From NCBI GenBank assembly GCA_040385105.1, contig JAZKHY010000031.1:1-64000 (forward strand): a stretch of 64,000 nucleotides of DNA, written 5' to 3'. The DNA comes from Pseudomonadota bacterium. Lineage in GTDB: Bacteria; Pseudomonadota; Gammaproteobacteria; Burkholderiales; Burkholderiaceae_C. Shown one piece after another: positions 27,355 through 38,532 of this stretch. Both the position numbers and the translations under genes were made by a program. Position 1 is the first letter of the stretch, and each line of letters begins with the position of its first letter. The notes beneath the pieces are model-generated. The model searched no databases and was not told the origin of the DNA. It saw nothing but the letters and a program-made list of their open reading frames with translations.

Positions 27355-28119
27355 ATGGCAAGCCCCCCGATTCCCATCCAGGCCGAAACCTGCCCCGCAA
27401 GCTGCCACGAATGCCGGTTGCGCACGACGGACGCCTTCTCGGCGGTGACCGCCGGCGAGCTGGCGTTCATCGAGAAGCTGCGTGTGACGACCATCAAGGT
27501 CGACGCCGGGCGCGACATCATTTCCGAGCAGAAGAGCACCGGCAAGATCTACACCCTCTACGCCGGCTGGGCGTTCCGCTACAAGACGCTGAGCGACGGC
27601 CGGCGCCAGATCATGAACTTCCTGCTGCCGGGCGACCTCGTCGGCCTGCAGGAGAAGTTCGCCGATGGCGCCACCAGCGGCGTGCAGGCCGCCACCGACG
27701 CCATGCTCTGCGTCTTCCCGCAGGACGGGCTGTGGGAGATCTTCCGCCAGCACCCCAGCCTCGGCTATGACGTGACCTGGCTGGCCGCGCGCGAGGAGAA
27801 CATGCTCGACGAAAACCTGCTGACCACCGGCCGGCGCAACGCGATGGAGCGGGTGGCGATGCTGCTGCTGCACCTGTTCCGCCGGGCGCACCGGGTGGGC
27901 TTGACGAAAGACGGCGAGGTGGACTTCCCGTTCAACCAGCAGCACATCGCTGACGCGCTGGGCCTGTCGCTGGTCCACACCAACAAGACGCTGCGCCGCC
28001 TGCACCGCCTGGGGCTGCATGAGATCCGCGACGGGCGGCTGCGGGTGATCAACCCCAAGGCGCTGCAGCGCATCGCCGACTACTACGACAAGCCGCTGCG
28101 CCAGGTGCCGCTGCTTTGA
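27355..28119 (+). CDS. Crp/Fnr-family transcriptional regulator (N-terminal Cys cluster, FNR-like)
   Basis: CPASCHEC N-terminal cysteines, a cNMP-like domain and a C-terminal HTH (QQHIADALGLSLVHTNKTLRRL). Confidence 0.8.
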   Translation: MASPPIPIQAETCPASCHECRLRTTDAFSAVTAGELAFIEKLRVTTIKVDAGRDIISEQKSTGKIYTLYAGWAFRYKTLSDGRRQIMNFLLPGDLVGLQEKFADGATSGVQAATDAMLCVFPQDGLWEIFRQHPSLGYDVTWLAAREENMLDENLLTTGRRNAMERVAMLLLHLFRRAHRVGLTKDGEVDFPFNQQHIADALGLSLVHTNKTLRRLHRLGLHEIRDGRLRVINPKALQRIADYYDKPLRQVPLL

Positions 28120-28239
28120 TGGCCGTGTAGTCCGTGACCCACGCGCACAGCGTGCGGGGGCCGACACTGCCACCACCTTCCTGCTCCTAAGCTCGGATTG
28201 TGGCGCCCATGTGGCGCCGTTACCTCACAAGGAGTTCCC

Positions 28240-28512
28240 ATGATCCCCAGCAAACCAGCCAAACCCGCCAGCCCCCAGACCGCCTCCACCGAATCGGGCA
28301 AGGGCAGCGCGACCAACCCGGCCAAGGGCCAGATGGGCGAGGGCAGCTATGAAGGCACGCGCGATTACCAGAAGAGCATCAAGGACTACCTGCAGGAAGC
28401 CGATGTCCAGCGCGATGCCCGCGCTGCCAGGCCCTCGTCAGCTGCCGAAGCCGCGGAACTGGAACGCGCCGAGAAGGAAGGCAAATCGCATTCGCGCGCT
28501 TCAGGCGAATAG
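28240..28512 (+). CDS. Small hydrophilic low-complexity protein (stress-protein-like)
   Basis: Strong AAGGAG RBS; 90 aa, Lys/Glu/Ala-rich. Confidence 0.5.
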   Translation: MIPSKPAKPASPQTASTESGKGSATNPAKGQMGEGSYEGTRDYQKSIKDYLQEADVQRDARAARPSSAAEAAELERAEKEGKSHSRASGE

Positions 28513-28527
28513 CCCTGCACGCTGCGT

Positions 28528-29409
28528 CTAGCGCGAGCCGGCGAGGACGCGGAAGTCTTCTTCATAGCCTTGCAGCGTCTTCACGGCTTTTGCGCGCTGG
28601 GCGGGCGTGGTGCTGTTATGCAGGTCGGCAATGGCTGCACAGCCCTCGAGCGTGAGCGTTCCGATATAGGCGCGGTACCCGGCGTCGGGCGAGTTGAGCA
28701 GCCTGTCGAACAGGGACCGCATGTCCTCCCTGACCCTGGCTTCGGGCACCTGCACGCCGGAGCCTGCTGCAAACGCGCGCAAGGTCGCCAGCGAGTCCTG
28801 CTGCCGCCGGACCGTTTCGCGGTAGCTGGTGGCAGCATCGAATGACGAGCGGGAGATGCTCTGGCGTATTGCCGCGAGCTGCCGCTCCTGCATGCCGCCA
28901 TAGAACATCTCGGCCCGCTTGACGGCCTCGTTCACGCGGTGGGCGGTCCGCTTCTGGGCGGAGCCTTCAAGCCATTCGGAGCGCCATTTCCGGTTGCGTT
29001 TTTCCAGGTGCTTTTCAAGCACGGTGATCTGCTGGGCATCAAGCGTCGGGGCGATGGCCATGACCGTGGGCTCCAGGCGCTCCAGCACCGCCAGCGCCCG
29101 GGTGCGGCCTGTGCCGAAGAGTTCGCACACCTGCTCGCGGCTGACCTCGCCGGGTGCCAGCGCCTGCGCGCGGCGCAGCAGCTCGGCATAGGCGGGCAGT
29201 TCGCTGCGGCGGTGCCAGGCCTGCAGCGCATCGAGGTCGGCGCGCACCCGCAGGGTCTGGTCGTCGTTGAAGTCGAAGTAGCTGTCCAGCCACCAGTAGA
29301 GCGCGTCCGGTGCCTGGTTGTAGGCCAGCCTTACCATGCCGCAGCCCTGCAGCGTGGCGGCCACCAGCATCAGGCCGATAATCCGGGAAAACATGGAGAA
29401 CAGTTGCAT
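28528..29409 (-). CDS. Lipoprotein of unknown function
   Basis: Start MQLFSMFSRIIGLMLVAATLQGC (signal peptide with a lipobox-like Cys). The start codon overlaps the glmU start on the opposite strand. Confidence 0.6.
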   Translation of the reverse strand: MQLFSMFSRIIGLMLVAATLQGCGMVRLAYNQAPDALYWWLDSYFDFNDDQTLRVRADLDALQAWHRRSELPAYAELLRRAQALAPGEVSREQVCELFGTGRTRALAVLERLEPTVMAIAPTLDAQQITVLEKHLEKRNRKWRSEWLEGSAQKRTAHRVNEAVKRAEMFYGGMQERQLAAIRQSISRSSFDAATSYRETVRRQQDSLATLRAFAAGSGVQVPEARVREDMRSLFDRLLNSPDAGYRAYIGTLTLEGCAAIADLHNSTTPAQRAKAVKTLQGYEEDFRVLAGSR

Positions 29410-30793
29410 GGCAGAAGTAGATGTCGTCATCATGGCGGCGGGCAAGGGCACCCGGATGAAAAGCAGGTTGCCCAAAGTGTTGCACAGGCTGGGCGGCCGC
29501 GCGCTGCTGGACCATGTTGTCCATACCGCGAAGCAGGTGGGCGCGCGAAAGACGATCATCATCACGGGCCATGGCGCCGACGCGGTGGAGACCGCCACCG
29601 CCGCGCAGGGCATCTCGTTTGTGCGGCAGGAGCCGCAGCTGGGCACCGGCCATGCGGTGCAGCAGGCCGTGCCGCACCTTGCGGACGAGGGCATCACCCT
29701 CATCCTCAATGGCGATGTGCCGCTGATCCAGGCGCAGACAGCCCGCGAGCTCATCCTCGCATGCGGTGGCGGCAAGCTGGCGCTGCTGACGCTGAGCATC
29801 GCCGACGCATCGGGCTACGGCCGCATCCTGCGCGGCAGTGACGGCGCGGTGACCGGCATCGTCGAGCACAAGGACGCCACACCCGCCCAGCGCGGCATCC
29901 GCGAGTTCTATACCGGCGTGATGGCCGCGCCCAGCGGGCTGCTCAAGGGCTGGCTGGCGCGCCTGACCAACAGCAACAGCCAGGGCGAGTATTACCTGAC
30001 CGATGTGGTGGCCATGGCGGTGGCCGATGGCGTTGGCGTGGTGGCTGCGCATCCGCAGTCCGAGGCCGAAGTCACCGGCGTCAACAGCCCGCAGCAGCTG
30101 GCCGAACTGGAGCGGGTGTACCAGATCGGCCGCGCGCGCCAGCTCATGGAGCAGGGCGTGCGGCTGGCCGACCCGGCACGCCTGGATGTGCGCGGCGAGC
30201 TGGCCTGCGGCGCCGATGTGGAGATCGACGTCAACTGTGTGTTTGAGGGCAGCGTGTCGCTGGGCGACGGTGTGAAGATAGGCGCCAACTGCATCATTGC
30301 CAATGCAGCGATCGGCCCCGGCGCCGTGATCCACCCCTTCACCCACATCGACGGCGAGAAGCTCGGCGTGCAGGTCGGCGAAGGCGCGCTCGTCGGGCCG
30401 TTCGCCCGGCTGCGGCCCGGCGCTCAGCTGGGCGCTGAAGTGCATGTCGGCAACTTCGTCGAGGTGAAGAATTCCACGCTGGCCCGCGGTGCCAAGGCCA
30501 ACCACCTGGCCTACCTGGGCGATGCCACCGTAGGCGAGCGGGTCAACTACGGCGCGGGCAGCATCACCGCCAACTACGACGGCGCCAACAAGCACCGCAC
30601 GGTGATTGAAGACGACGTCCACATCGGCAGCAATTCAGTGCTGGTCGCGCCCGTCACCATTGGCAGGGGCGGCACGGTGGGCGGCGGCTCGACGATCACC
30701 AAGGACACCGCGCCGGGCGCTCTGTCGGTGGCGCGCGGAAAGCAGCTGAGCGTGCCGAACTGGCAGAGGCCGGTGAAGAAACCAAAGGGATAG
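29408..30793 (+). CDS. glmU: Bifunctional UDP-N-acetylglucosamine pyrophosphorylase / glucosamine-1-phosphate N-acetyltransferase GlmU
   Basis: MAEVDVVIMAAGKGTRM N-terminus and a C-terminal hexapeptide-repeat (left-handed beta-helix) domain. Confidence 0.9.
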   Translation: MAEVDVVIMAAGKGTRMKSRLPKVLHRLGGRALLDHVVHTAKQVGARKTIIITGHGADAVETATAAQGISFVRQEPQLGTGHAVQQAVPHLADEGITLILNGDVPLIQAQTARELILACGGGKLALLTLSIADASGYGRILRGSDGAVTGIVEHKDATPAQRGIREFYTGVMAAPSGLLKGWLARLTNSNSQGEYYLTDVVAMAVADGVGVVAAHPQSEAEVTGVNSPQQLAELERVYQIGRARQLMEQGVRLADPARLDVRGELACGADVEIDVNCVFEGSVSLGDGVKIGANCIIANAAIGPGAVIHPFTHIDGEKLGVQVGEGALVGPFARLRPGAQLGAEVHVGNFVEVKNSTLARGAKANHLAYLGDATVGERVNYGAGSITANYDGANKHRTVIEDDVHIGSNSVLVAPVTIGRGGTVGGGSTITKDTAPGALSVARGKQLSVPNWQRPVKKPKG

Positions 30794-30801
30794 GTCCTGT
30801 C

Positions 30802-31587
30802 CTAGGCCCCCCTGAATGACGGCTTGCGCTTCTCGATGAATGCGCTGCAGCCTTCATGCGCGTCCTCGCTGTCAAACACGAGGCTGATGGTGGCGGCCTC
30901 GTGCGCCAGGGCTGCGGGAAGGGGCATGTCTGCGCCGTGGAGCATAGAGCTCTTGAGGAACTTGAGGGCGACGGGTGATTTTTCGGCAATCCGCGCTGCG
31001 AGTTTGAGGGTTTGATCCAGCAATTGGTCCCCGGGTACGGCCTGGTTGACCAGGCCCATCGCAACGGCTTCGTCTGCGCCGAGGAAGTCGCCGGTGAACA
31101 TCAGCAGCTTGGCCTGGCACAGGGGCAGCTGGCGCATCAGCCGCTGCGATCCGCCACCGCCCGGGAAGATGCCGAGCTTGATTTCGGGCAGGCCGATGCG
31201 GGCTTCGCTGGCCATGAGGCGGATGTCAATGGTCAGCATGAATTCCATGCCACCGCCCAGCGCCCATCCGTTCACTGCGGCAATCGTTGGCTTGCTGCAG
31301 GCCTCAAAGCGCCTGAAGACGCGGTGTACGGTTTCAGAGAACTCGTTGTAGTGCTGCAGGCCGCGCCGGGCATTGAGATCCTTGATATTGCCGCCGGCGA
31401 TGAAGGCCTTGTCATTCACGCCTGTGACGACGATGACGCGCACGGCGGCGTCCTGCTCAAGCACGGTCAGCGCCGCTTCCATGGCCAGCAGCATGGGCAC
31501 ATGCAAGGTGTTGAGTTCATCCGGGTTATTGAAGCGCATCAGCCCGATGTGGCCGATGGTTTCAGTGTTGACGAGGTCGGGCTTCAT
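30802..31587 (-). CDS. Enoyl-CoA hydratase/isomerase family protein
   Basis: Start MKPDLVNTETIGHIGLMRFNNP; crotonase fold. Confidence 0.8.
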   Translation of the reverse strand: MKPDLVNTETIGHIGLMRFNNPDELNTLHVPMLLAMEAALTVLEQDAAVRVIVVTGVNDKAFIAGGNIKDLNARRGLQHYNEFSETVHRVFRRFEACSKPTIAAVNGWALGGGMEFMLTIDIRLMASEARIGLPEIKLGIFPGGGGSQRLMRQLPLCQAKLLMFTGDFLGADEAVAMGLVNQAVPGDQLLDQTLKLAARIAEKSPVALKFLKSSMLHGADMPLPAALAHEAATISLVFDSEDAHEGCSAFIEKRKPSFRGA

Positions 31588-32230
31588 GCTTGTCTCCTGG
31601 GCTGTCGTGGCCGCGCGGTTGGTTGCCTGCTGCGAGCTTCGCGGCGATCTGCGGCAGGCGGTCCACGCCGAAGAACGGCTCGCCGTCGATGATGACAAAT
31701 GGCGAGCCAAAGACTTTCCGCTCCACGGCAGCAGCAATGGCATCCTGCAGCAGGGTCCTCGCTTCAGCGGCCTGCAGATGGTTGCGCACCACCCCTGCAT
31801 CACCAAGCGCCGCAGTCTGGTCGCAAGCCAGTTGCGCCACCACCTGGAGGTCGGTTATGTCGAGCCCGCCGCTGAAGAACCCGCGCAGCGCAGCGTGCGC
31901 AAAGGGCACTGCCGCGCCGGGCGCATGTTCACGCAGCAGGTAGAAGGCGCGTGCGGCGTGCTGGGTCACCGCCGGAAAGCTGGGCGGCAGCCTGTAGTCC
32001 ACGCCCAGGAACCGGGCAGAGCGGGCAAAGTCTGCCGTGGTGTATTCAAGCTTGACGGGGTGCTCAAGCGGTGCGGGCAAGCCCAATGCGCGCAGCGCGG
32101 CAAACAGCAGTACCGGCCGCCAGGTGACGGTGCGGCCATGCCCCGCGGCCAGCGCGTCGATCTTCTCCGACATGAAGTAGCCGTACGGCGATGCGAAGTC
32201 AAAGTAGAAGTCGATGGGCTGCACCGTCAC
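31562..32230 (-). CDS. 2-hydroxychromene-2-carboxylate isomerase family protein (DsbA-like thioredoxin fold)
   Basis: MTVQPIDFYFDFASPYGYF N-terminus. Confidence 0.7.
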   Translation of the reverse strand: MTVQPIDFYFDFASPYGYFMSEKIDALAAGHGRTVTWRPVLLFAALRALGLPAPLEHPVKLEYTTADFARSARFLGVDYRLPPSFPAVTQHAARAFYLLREHAPGAAVPFAHAALRGFFSGGLDITDLQVVAQLACDQTAALGDAGVVRNHLQAAEARTLLQDAIAAAVERKVFGSPFVIIDGEPFFGVDRLPQIAAKLAAGNQPRGHDSPGDKHEARPRQH

Positions 32231-33216
32231 GCTCCGGCTTGCGCAATGCTGCGCCGCACAGCCGGGCTGCGGCCCAGTTTGCAGGCTTCGTCATACTCGC
32301 CGGCGATGCGTGCGACAAGCGTTGCCACAGGCGGCGCGTCATGGATGGTGGCAATGCCCTGGCCGGCGCTCCAGAGGTCTTTCCAGAGTTTGGCGCTGGT
32401 GTCGGTGAGGGACGACATGTCGGGGCTCTTTGGCGGCAGTGTGGCAACGTCAATGCCCCACTTGTCGAGCGAGGGCTTGAGGAAGTTGGCATGCACGCCC
32501 GAAAGCCTGTCGGTGTAGACCAGGTCGGACACATCGCTGTCGATCACCATCTGCTTGAATTCCTGCTGGGCGTTGGACTCCTGTGTGGCGATGAAGCGTG
32601 TGCCCATGTAGACAAGGTCGGCTCCCAGCACCTGGGCTGCGCGGACCTGGTGACCGTCGTTGATGCCGCCGCCAAGCACCAGGCAGCCGTCCCAGAACTC
32701 GCGGATCTCGCGCACCAGTGAAAAAGCGCTCTGGCTGGAGGCATGGCCGCCCGCGCCCGCGCCCACGCAGATCAGGCCGTCCACGCCTGCATCAACGGAT
32801 TTGCGGGCATGCGCTGCGCTGGTCACGTCGCAGAACACCGTGCCGCCATAGGCGTGCACCGCTTCCACGACCTTGCCGGGGTGGCCGAGGCAGGTGATGA
32901 CAAAGGGCACCTTGTGCTTGATGACGAGTGCAAGATCGGGCTCAAAGCGCGGGTTGGTCCGGTGCACGATCAGGTTGACGCCGTAGGGTGCGGTCACGGC
33001 AGCAGGGTGTTGCAAGCGGAAGGCGGCCAGGTCGGCCTCCATGCCGGTCAGCCATTGGTCCAGCTGCTCCGAGGTTCGCGCATTCACATGGGGAAAGGTG
33101 CCGACCACGCCGGCCTTGCACTGCGCAGTGACGAGCGGCGGGAACGACACGAGGAACATCGGCGAGCCGATGACCGGGACAGACAGGGCGTTGTCAAAGA
33201 GTGTGGGAAGGGGCAT
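32227..33216 (-). CDS. Nitronate monooxygenase (NMO, 2-nitropropane dioxygenase-like)
   Basis: 329 aa FMN TIM-barrel with GAGAGGH motif. Confidence 0.75.
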   Translation of the reverse strand: MPLPTLFDNALSVPVIGSPMFLVSFPPLVTAQCKAGVVGTFPHVNARTSEQLDQWLTGMEADLAAFRLQHPAAVTAPYGVNLIVHRTNPRFEPDLALVIKHKVPFVITCLGHPGKVVEAVHAYGGTVFCDVTSAAHARKSVDAGVDGLICVGAGAGGHASSQSAFSLVREIREFWDGCLVLGGGINDGHQVRAAQVLGADLVYMGTRFIATQESNAQQEFKQMVIDSDVSDLVYTDRLSGVHANFLKPSLDKWGIDVATLPPKSPDMSSLTDTSAKLWKDLWSAGQGIATIHDAPPVATLVARIAGEYDEACKLGRSPAVRRSIAQAGA

Positions 33217-34906
33217 GGCGGTGGAGGGTGGGGCAGGGGGGGCAGGCCGCGGCCTGCGGTGCGGTTGCGGTGCGTGCGTCGCGCTTTTTGAGCGAACGCA
33301 TATCCATCATGCCGGGCAGCGTGCGCGGGTCCTCCCCGGGCTCGAAGATCTGGTGCTTCTGGATTTTCTGGGTGGCAGTCGTGGGTATGCTGCCGGCCAG
33401 GTAGACCCAGCCGGGCGCCTTGTAGTAGGCCAGGTTTGCGTTGCAGTAGTCGAACAGCGTCCTGGCAACGGCGGCCGGGTCTTCCGGTGCGCCGGCCTTG
33501 AGCACCACGCAGGCCAGTACCTCTTCTTCACGCACTTCGTCCTTCACGGCCAGCACCGCGACGTTCCCGACCAGCGGGTGCGCCTGCAGCAACGCCTCGA
33601 CTTCGGCGGCGGCGATGTTCTCGCCCGAGCGGCGGATGATGTTCTTGCGCCGGTCAATGAAGCGGAGCAGGCCCGTGGCGTCCCGGGTGACGATGTCGCC
33701 GGTGTGGAACCATCCGCCACGCCAGGCGGCCTCGGTGGCAGCGTCATCGTCAAGGTAGCCGCTGAAGAAGTGCTTGCGCGGCGTGGCGGCGCTGTGGCGT
33801 ACGATCAGCTCGCCTTGCTGCCCGGCAGGCACATCGGCATCTGCATCATCGACAACCCGCACCTCGATGCCGGGTGTGGCGCGGCCAAAGGCGCGCGTGC
33901 CGGTCTCGCGCGGCAACTGGTTGTCGACGATGGCCCGCACCATCTCGGTCATGCCCCAGATCTCGATCAGCGGGAAGCCGAAACGTTCTTCAAAGGCCTT
34001 GTGGCGCTGGGGCTCGACGCCCGCGCCGATGGCGAAGCGCACGCAGTGGCTGCGCTCAAGCGGCTCTTCCGGGCGGCCCATCAGCATCGGCACGACGACG
34101 CCGAGGTAGTGCACCACGGTGGCCTTGCTTTCGTACACCTCGGTCCACCAGCGCGAGGGCTGGAAGCGGTCGGTCTGTACCTGGCAATTGCCCTTGAGCA
34201 TGGCGCAATAGAACGAGAAAATCGAGGCGTTGACGTGAAACACCGGCAGCGGGTTGTAGATGCGCTCGCAGGCTTCGCCGAATGACGAAAGCCCGCCCCG
34301 GGTCGCATACCAGGCGCCGGCAGCCAGCTCATACCCGTGGGCGAGAACGCACCCCTTCGGGCGGCCGGTGGTGCCGGAGGTGTACAGGATGCTGGCAGGC
34401 GTGGAGGCGTCGGGCGCGGTCGGTGCGGCCGTGCGCTGCGCGGCAGGCAGCTGGCCGGCAAAGCCGCCTGCCGTCACCACATCCGGCTTGCAGCGTCGGG
34501 CCTGGTCGATACCCGGTTGCAATTGCGCTTCCAGCGACTCATGCACCACCACGAGGTCGACATTCGCATGGTCCAGCACATAGGCCAGCTCACGCGGGCG
34601 GTGGTCAGGGTTGAGCGGTACGCAGCAGATGCCCAGCGCATTCATGGCCAGCTTGTGCAGCAGGTGCATGGGCCGGTTTTCCAGCAGCAGCGCCACGCGG
34701 TGGCCTGTGCCGTAACCGGCCGCTGAATAGGCCTGCATAAGCTCACGCACCGCCTGGGCCGCCTCTGCGTAGGTGATTTCAACACCTTCAGCGGCGTAAC
34801 TGCGCGCCGCATTCGCCGGCACTGCGATGAATGACTGGCCGGCGTACTGCTGCGCCGCGCGGAAAAATGTTTCACCTATGGTGGACTGGTCATCGACTGC
34901 AATCAT
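33194..34906 (-). CDS. AMP-dependent acyl-CoA synthetase/ligase
   Basis: LYTSGTTGRPKG AMP-binding motif; start MIAVDDQSTIGE. Confidence 0.85.
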   Translation of the reverse strand: MIAVDDQSTIGETFFRAAQQYAGQSFIAVPANAARSYAAEGVEITYAEAAQAVRELMQAYSAAGYGTGHRVALLLENRPMHLLHKLAMNALGICCVPLNPDHRPRELAYVLDHANVDLVVVHESLEAQLQPGIDQARRCKPDVVTAGGFAGQLPAAQRTAAPTAPDASTPASILYTSGTTGRPKGCVLAHGYELAAGAWYATRGGLSSFGEACERIYNPLPVFHVNASIFSFYCAMLKGNCQVQTDRFQPSRWWTEVYESKATVVHYLGVVVPMLMGRPEEPLERSHCVRFAIGAGVEPQRHKAFEERFGFPLIEIWGMTEMVRAIVDNQLPRETGTRAFGRATPGIEVRVVDDADADVPAGQQGELIVRHSAATPRKHFFSGYLDDDAATEAAWRGGWFHTGDIVTRDATGLLRFIDRRKNIIRRSGENIAAAEVEALLQAHPLVGNVAVLAVKDEVREEEVLACVVLKAGAPEDPAAVARTLFDYCNANLAYYKAPGWVYLAGSIPTTATQKIQKHQIFEPGEDPRTLPGMMDMRSLKKRDARTATAPQAAACPPCPTLHRHAPSHTL

Positions 34907-34946
34907 GCGGCCTCCGGTGGAGTTGGGCGGGCGGGTACAGCGCCGG

Positions 34947-36554
34947 CTAGAGCCTGAGCACGCCATAGCCCATCTCGCCAAACGGCGCGTTCAGCGACGA
35001 GACGATGGCCATGCCCAGCGCATTGCGGGTATCGACGGGGTCGAGGATGCCGTCGTCCCACAGTTCGGATGTCGAGTAGTAGGCATCGCTCTCCGCCTCG
35101 AAGCTGGCCAGCACAGGGTCGCGGATAGCGGCAATGTCTTCGGCGCTGAGCTTGTTGCCCTGGCGTTCCAGCTGCCGGATCTTCACGTCGGCCAGGGTGT
35201 TGGCCGCCTGCTCGGCGCCCATGACGGCGATCTGTGACTGCGGCCACATCCAGAGGAAGCGGCCGTCAAATGCCCGGCCGCACATGCCGTAGTTGCCGGC
35301 CCCGAAAGAGCCGCCGACGATGACGGTGAACTTCGGCACGGTGCAGCCCACCTGCGTCATGATCATCTTGGCGCCATCCTTGGTGATGCCGCGTTCTTCA
35401 TATTCACGGCCGACCATGTAGCCGGTGATGTTCTGCAGGAACACCAGCGGGGTGCGGTCACGGTCGCACAGGCGCATGAAATGCGCGGCCTTGAGCGAGC
35501 TGTCGTTGAACAGCACGCCGTTGTTGGCCAGGATGCCGACCTTGCAGCCCCAGATGCGTGCATAGCCGCAGATCATGGTCTTGCCGTAGTCCGGCTGGTA
35601 TTCATGGAAGTTGCTGCCGTCAACCACACGGGCGATCACCTCACGCATGTCAAAGCCGGTTTTCCAGTCGGTGGGGATGATGCCGTACAGCTCCTTCGGG
35701 TCGTAGTACGGTGCCTCGGCAGGGACGCGGTCAATCGCCTGCTTCTGTATGGGCGAGGTGTTGGCAAAGATGTCGCGCGCAATCGCCATGGCGTGCGGCT
35801 CGTCGTCTGCGGCATAGTCGCAGGTGCCTGATATTGTGGTGTGCATGGTGGCGCCGCCCAGTGCCTCGGCCGTCACCACTTCGCCGGTGGCGGCCTTGAC
35901 CAGCGGCGGGCCGCCCAGGAAAACGCCGCCATTGCCGCGCACGATGACGCTGTAGTCGCACAGCGCCGGAATGTACGCGCCACCAGCCGTGCAGTGGCCC
36001 AGCACCACCGCAATCTGCGGCACGCCCATCTTGGACAGGGTGCACTGATTGCGGAAGATGCGGCCGGCTGCATGGCGGTCCGGAAACAGGTCGGATTGCA
36101 GCGGAAGGAAGCCGCCGGCGCTGTCGCACAGGTGGATCACCGGCAGGCGGTTCTCGATGGCGATGTCCAGCGTGCGGACGATCTTCTTGACGGACAGCGG
36201 GTACCATGCGCCCCCCTTGATGCTGGGGTCGTCGGCATGGACGATCACCTCGCGGCCGTCGATGATGCCAATGCCGCTGACCTGGCCAGCACCCTGGACC
36301 TCGCCGTCATAGGCCTTGTTGGCGGCCAGCGTGCTGAGTTCCAGAAAGGGCGTGCCTGGGTCCAGCAGCAGGTCCAGCCTTTCGCGCACGGTGAGTTTTT
36401 TCTGCCGGTGCAGGCGTTCGATGTCGCGTTCGGGCCGTTCAAAGCGCGCCGCATGCACCCTGGCCTGCAGCGCCTGGACCTTGTCCGTCATGGCGGCATG
36501 ATTCTTTTTGTACAGCGCCGACGCAGTGTCTATCTTGCTGATGATGCGGCTCAT
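34947..36554 (-). CDS. Acyl-CoA carboxylase carboxyltransferase subunit (methylcrotonyl/geranyl-CoA carboxylase beta type, AtuC/LiuB-like)
   Basis: 535 aa CT-beta family. Confidence 0.85.
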   Translation of the reverse strand: MSRIISKIDTASALYKKNHAAMTDKVQALQARVHAARFERPERDIERLHRQKKLTVRERLDLLLDPGTPFLELSTLAANKAYDGEVQGAGQVSGIGIIDGREVIVHADDPSIKGGAWYPLSVKKIVRTLDIAIENRLPVIHLCDSAGGFLPLQSDLFPDRHAAGRIFRNQCTLSKMGVPQIAVVLGHCTAGGAYIPALCDYSVIVRGNGGVFLGGPPLVKAATGEVVTAEALGGATMHTTISGTCDYAADDEPHAMAIARDIFANTSPIQKQAIDRVPAEAPYYDPKELYGIIPTDWKTGFDMREVIARVVDGSNFHEYQPDYGKTMICGYARIWGCKVGILANNGVLFNDSSLKAAHFMRLCDRDRTPLVFLQNITGYMVGREYEERGITKDGAKMIMTQVGCTVPKFTVIVGGSFGAGNYGMCGRAFDGRFLWMWPQSQIAVMGAEQAANTLADVKIRQLERQGNKLSAEDIAAIRDPVLASFEAESDAYYSTSELWDDGILDPVDTRNALGMAIVSSLNAPFGEMGYGVLRL

Positions 36555-37059
36555 GCGCCTTCTCCTGTGACTTTCCCGGCGGGTGCAAGGCGCACCAGCA
36601 TGTCGTTGCGCTGGAAGGTCTGGCCCACGGCCAGCGGAAGCTCGGCCACTGCGCCGTCCAGGTCTGCGCAGATCGTCATCTGAAGCTTCATGCTTTCAAT
36701 GACCAGCAGGGCATCGCCCGTGCGGACTTGCTCTCCGGCCGCCACAAGCAGCGAGATCACGACCCCGGGCATGGGCGCATGCGACACGCCCGCGCCGCCT
36801 GCTGCGCCGCCTGCTGCAGCGCGTGTCGGGTCCACGCGATTGATGCGGTAGCTGCGCCCGCGCAGTTGCACATGGAGCGTGTCGCCATGCGCCACCGCAC
36901 GCAGGCGCTCGGTGCGGCCGTTGTGCGTTGCCACGAAGGCGCCGGCTCCGGCCTTGCGGACCTGGATGGCAACGCCGCCAACATGGACTGCATCGGTCCG
37001 TACTTGCACCTGGTGCAGTTCGGGGGTACCTGTTATCTGTAGTGTGGTCATCTTGGCAG

Positions 37060-37072
<13 letters not shown>
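36551..37072 (-). CDS. Stand-alone biotin carboxyl carrier protein
   Basis: Biotinylation motif VIESMKLQMTI near the C-terminus. Confidence 0.75.
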
Positions 37073-38528
<1,456 letters not shown>

Positions 38529-38532
<4 letters not shown>

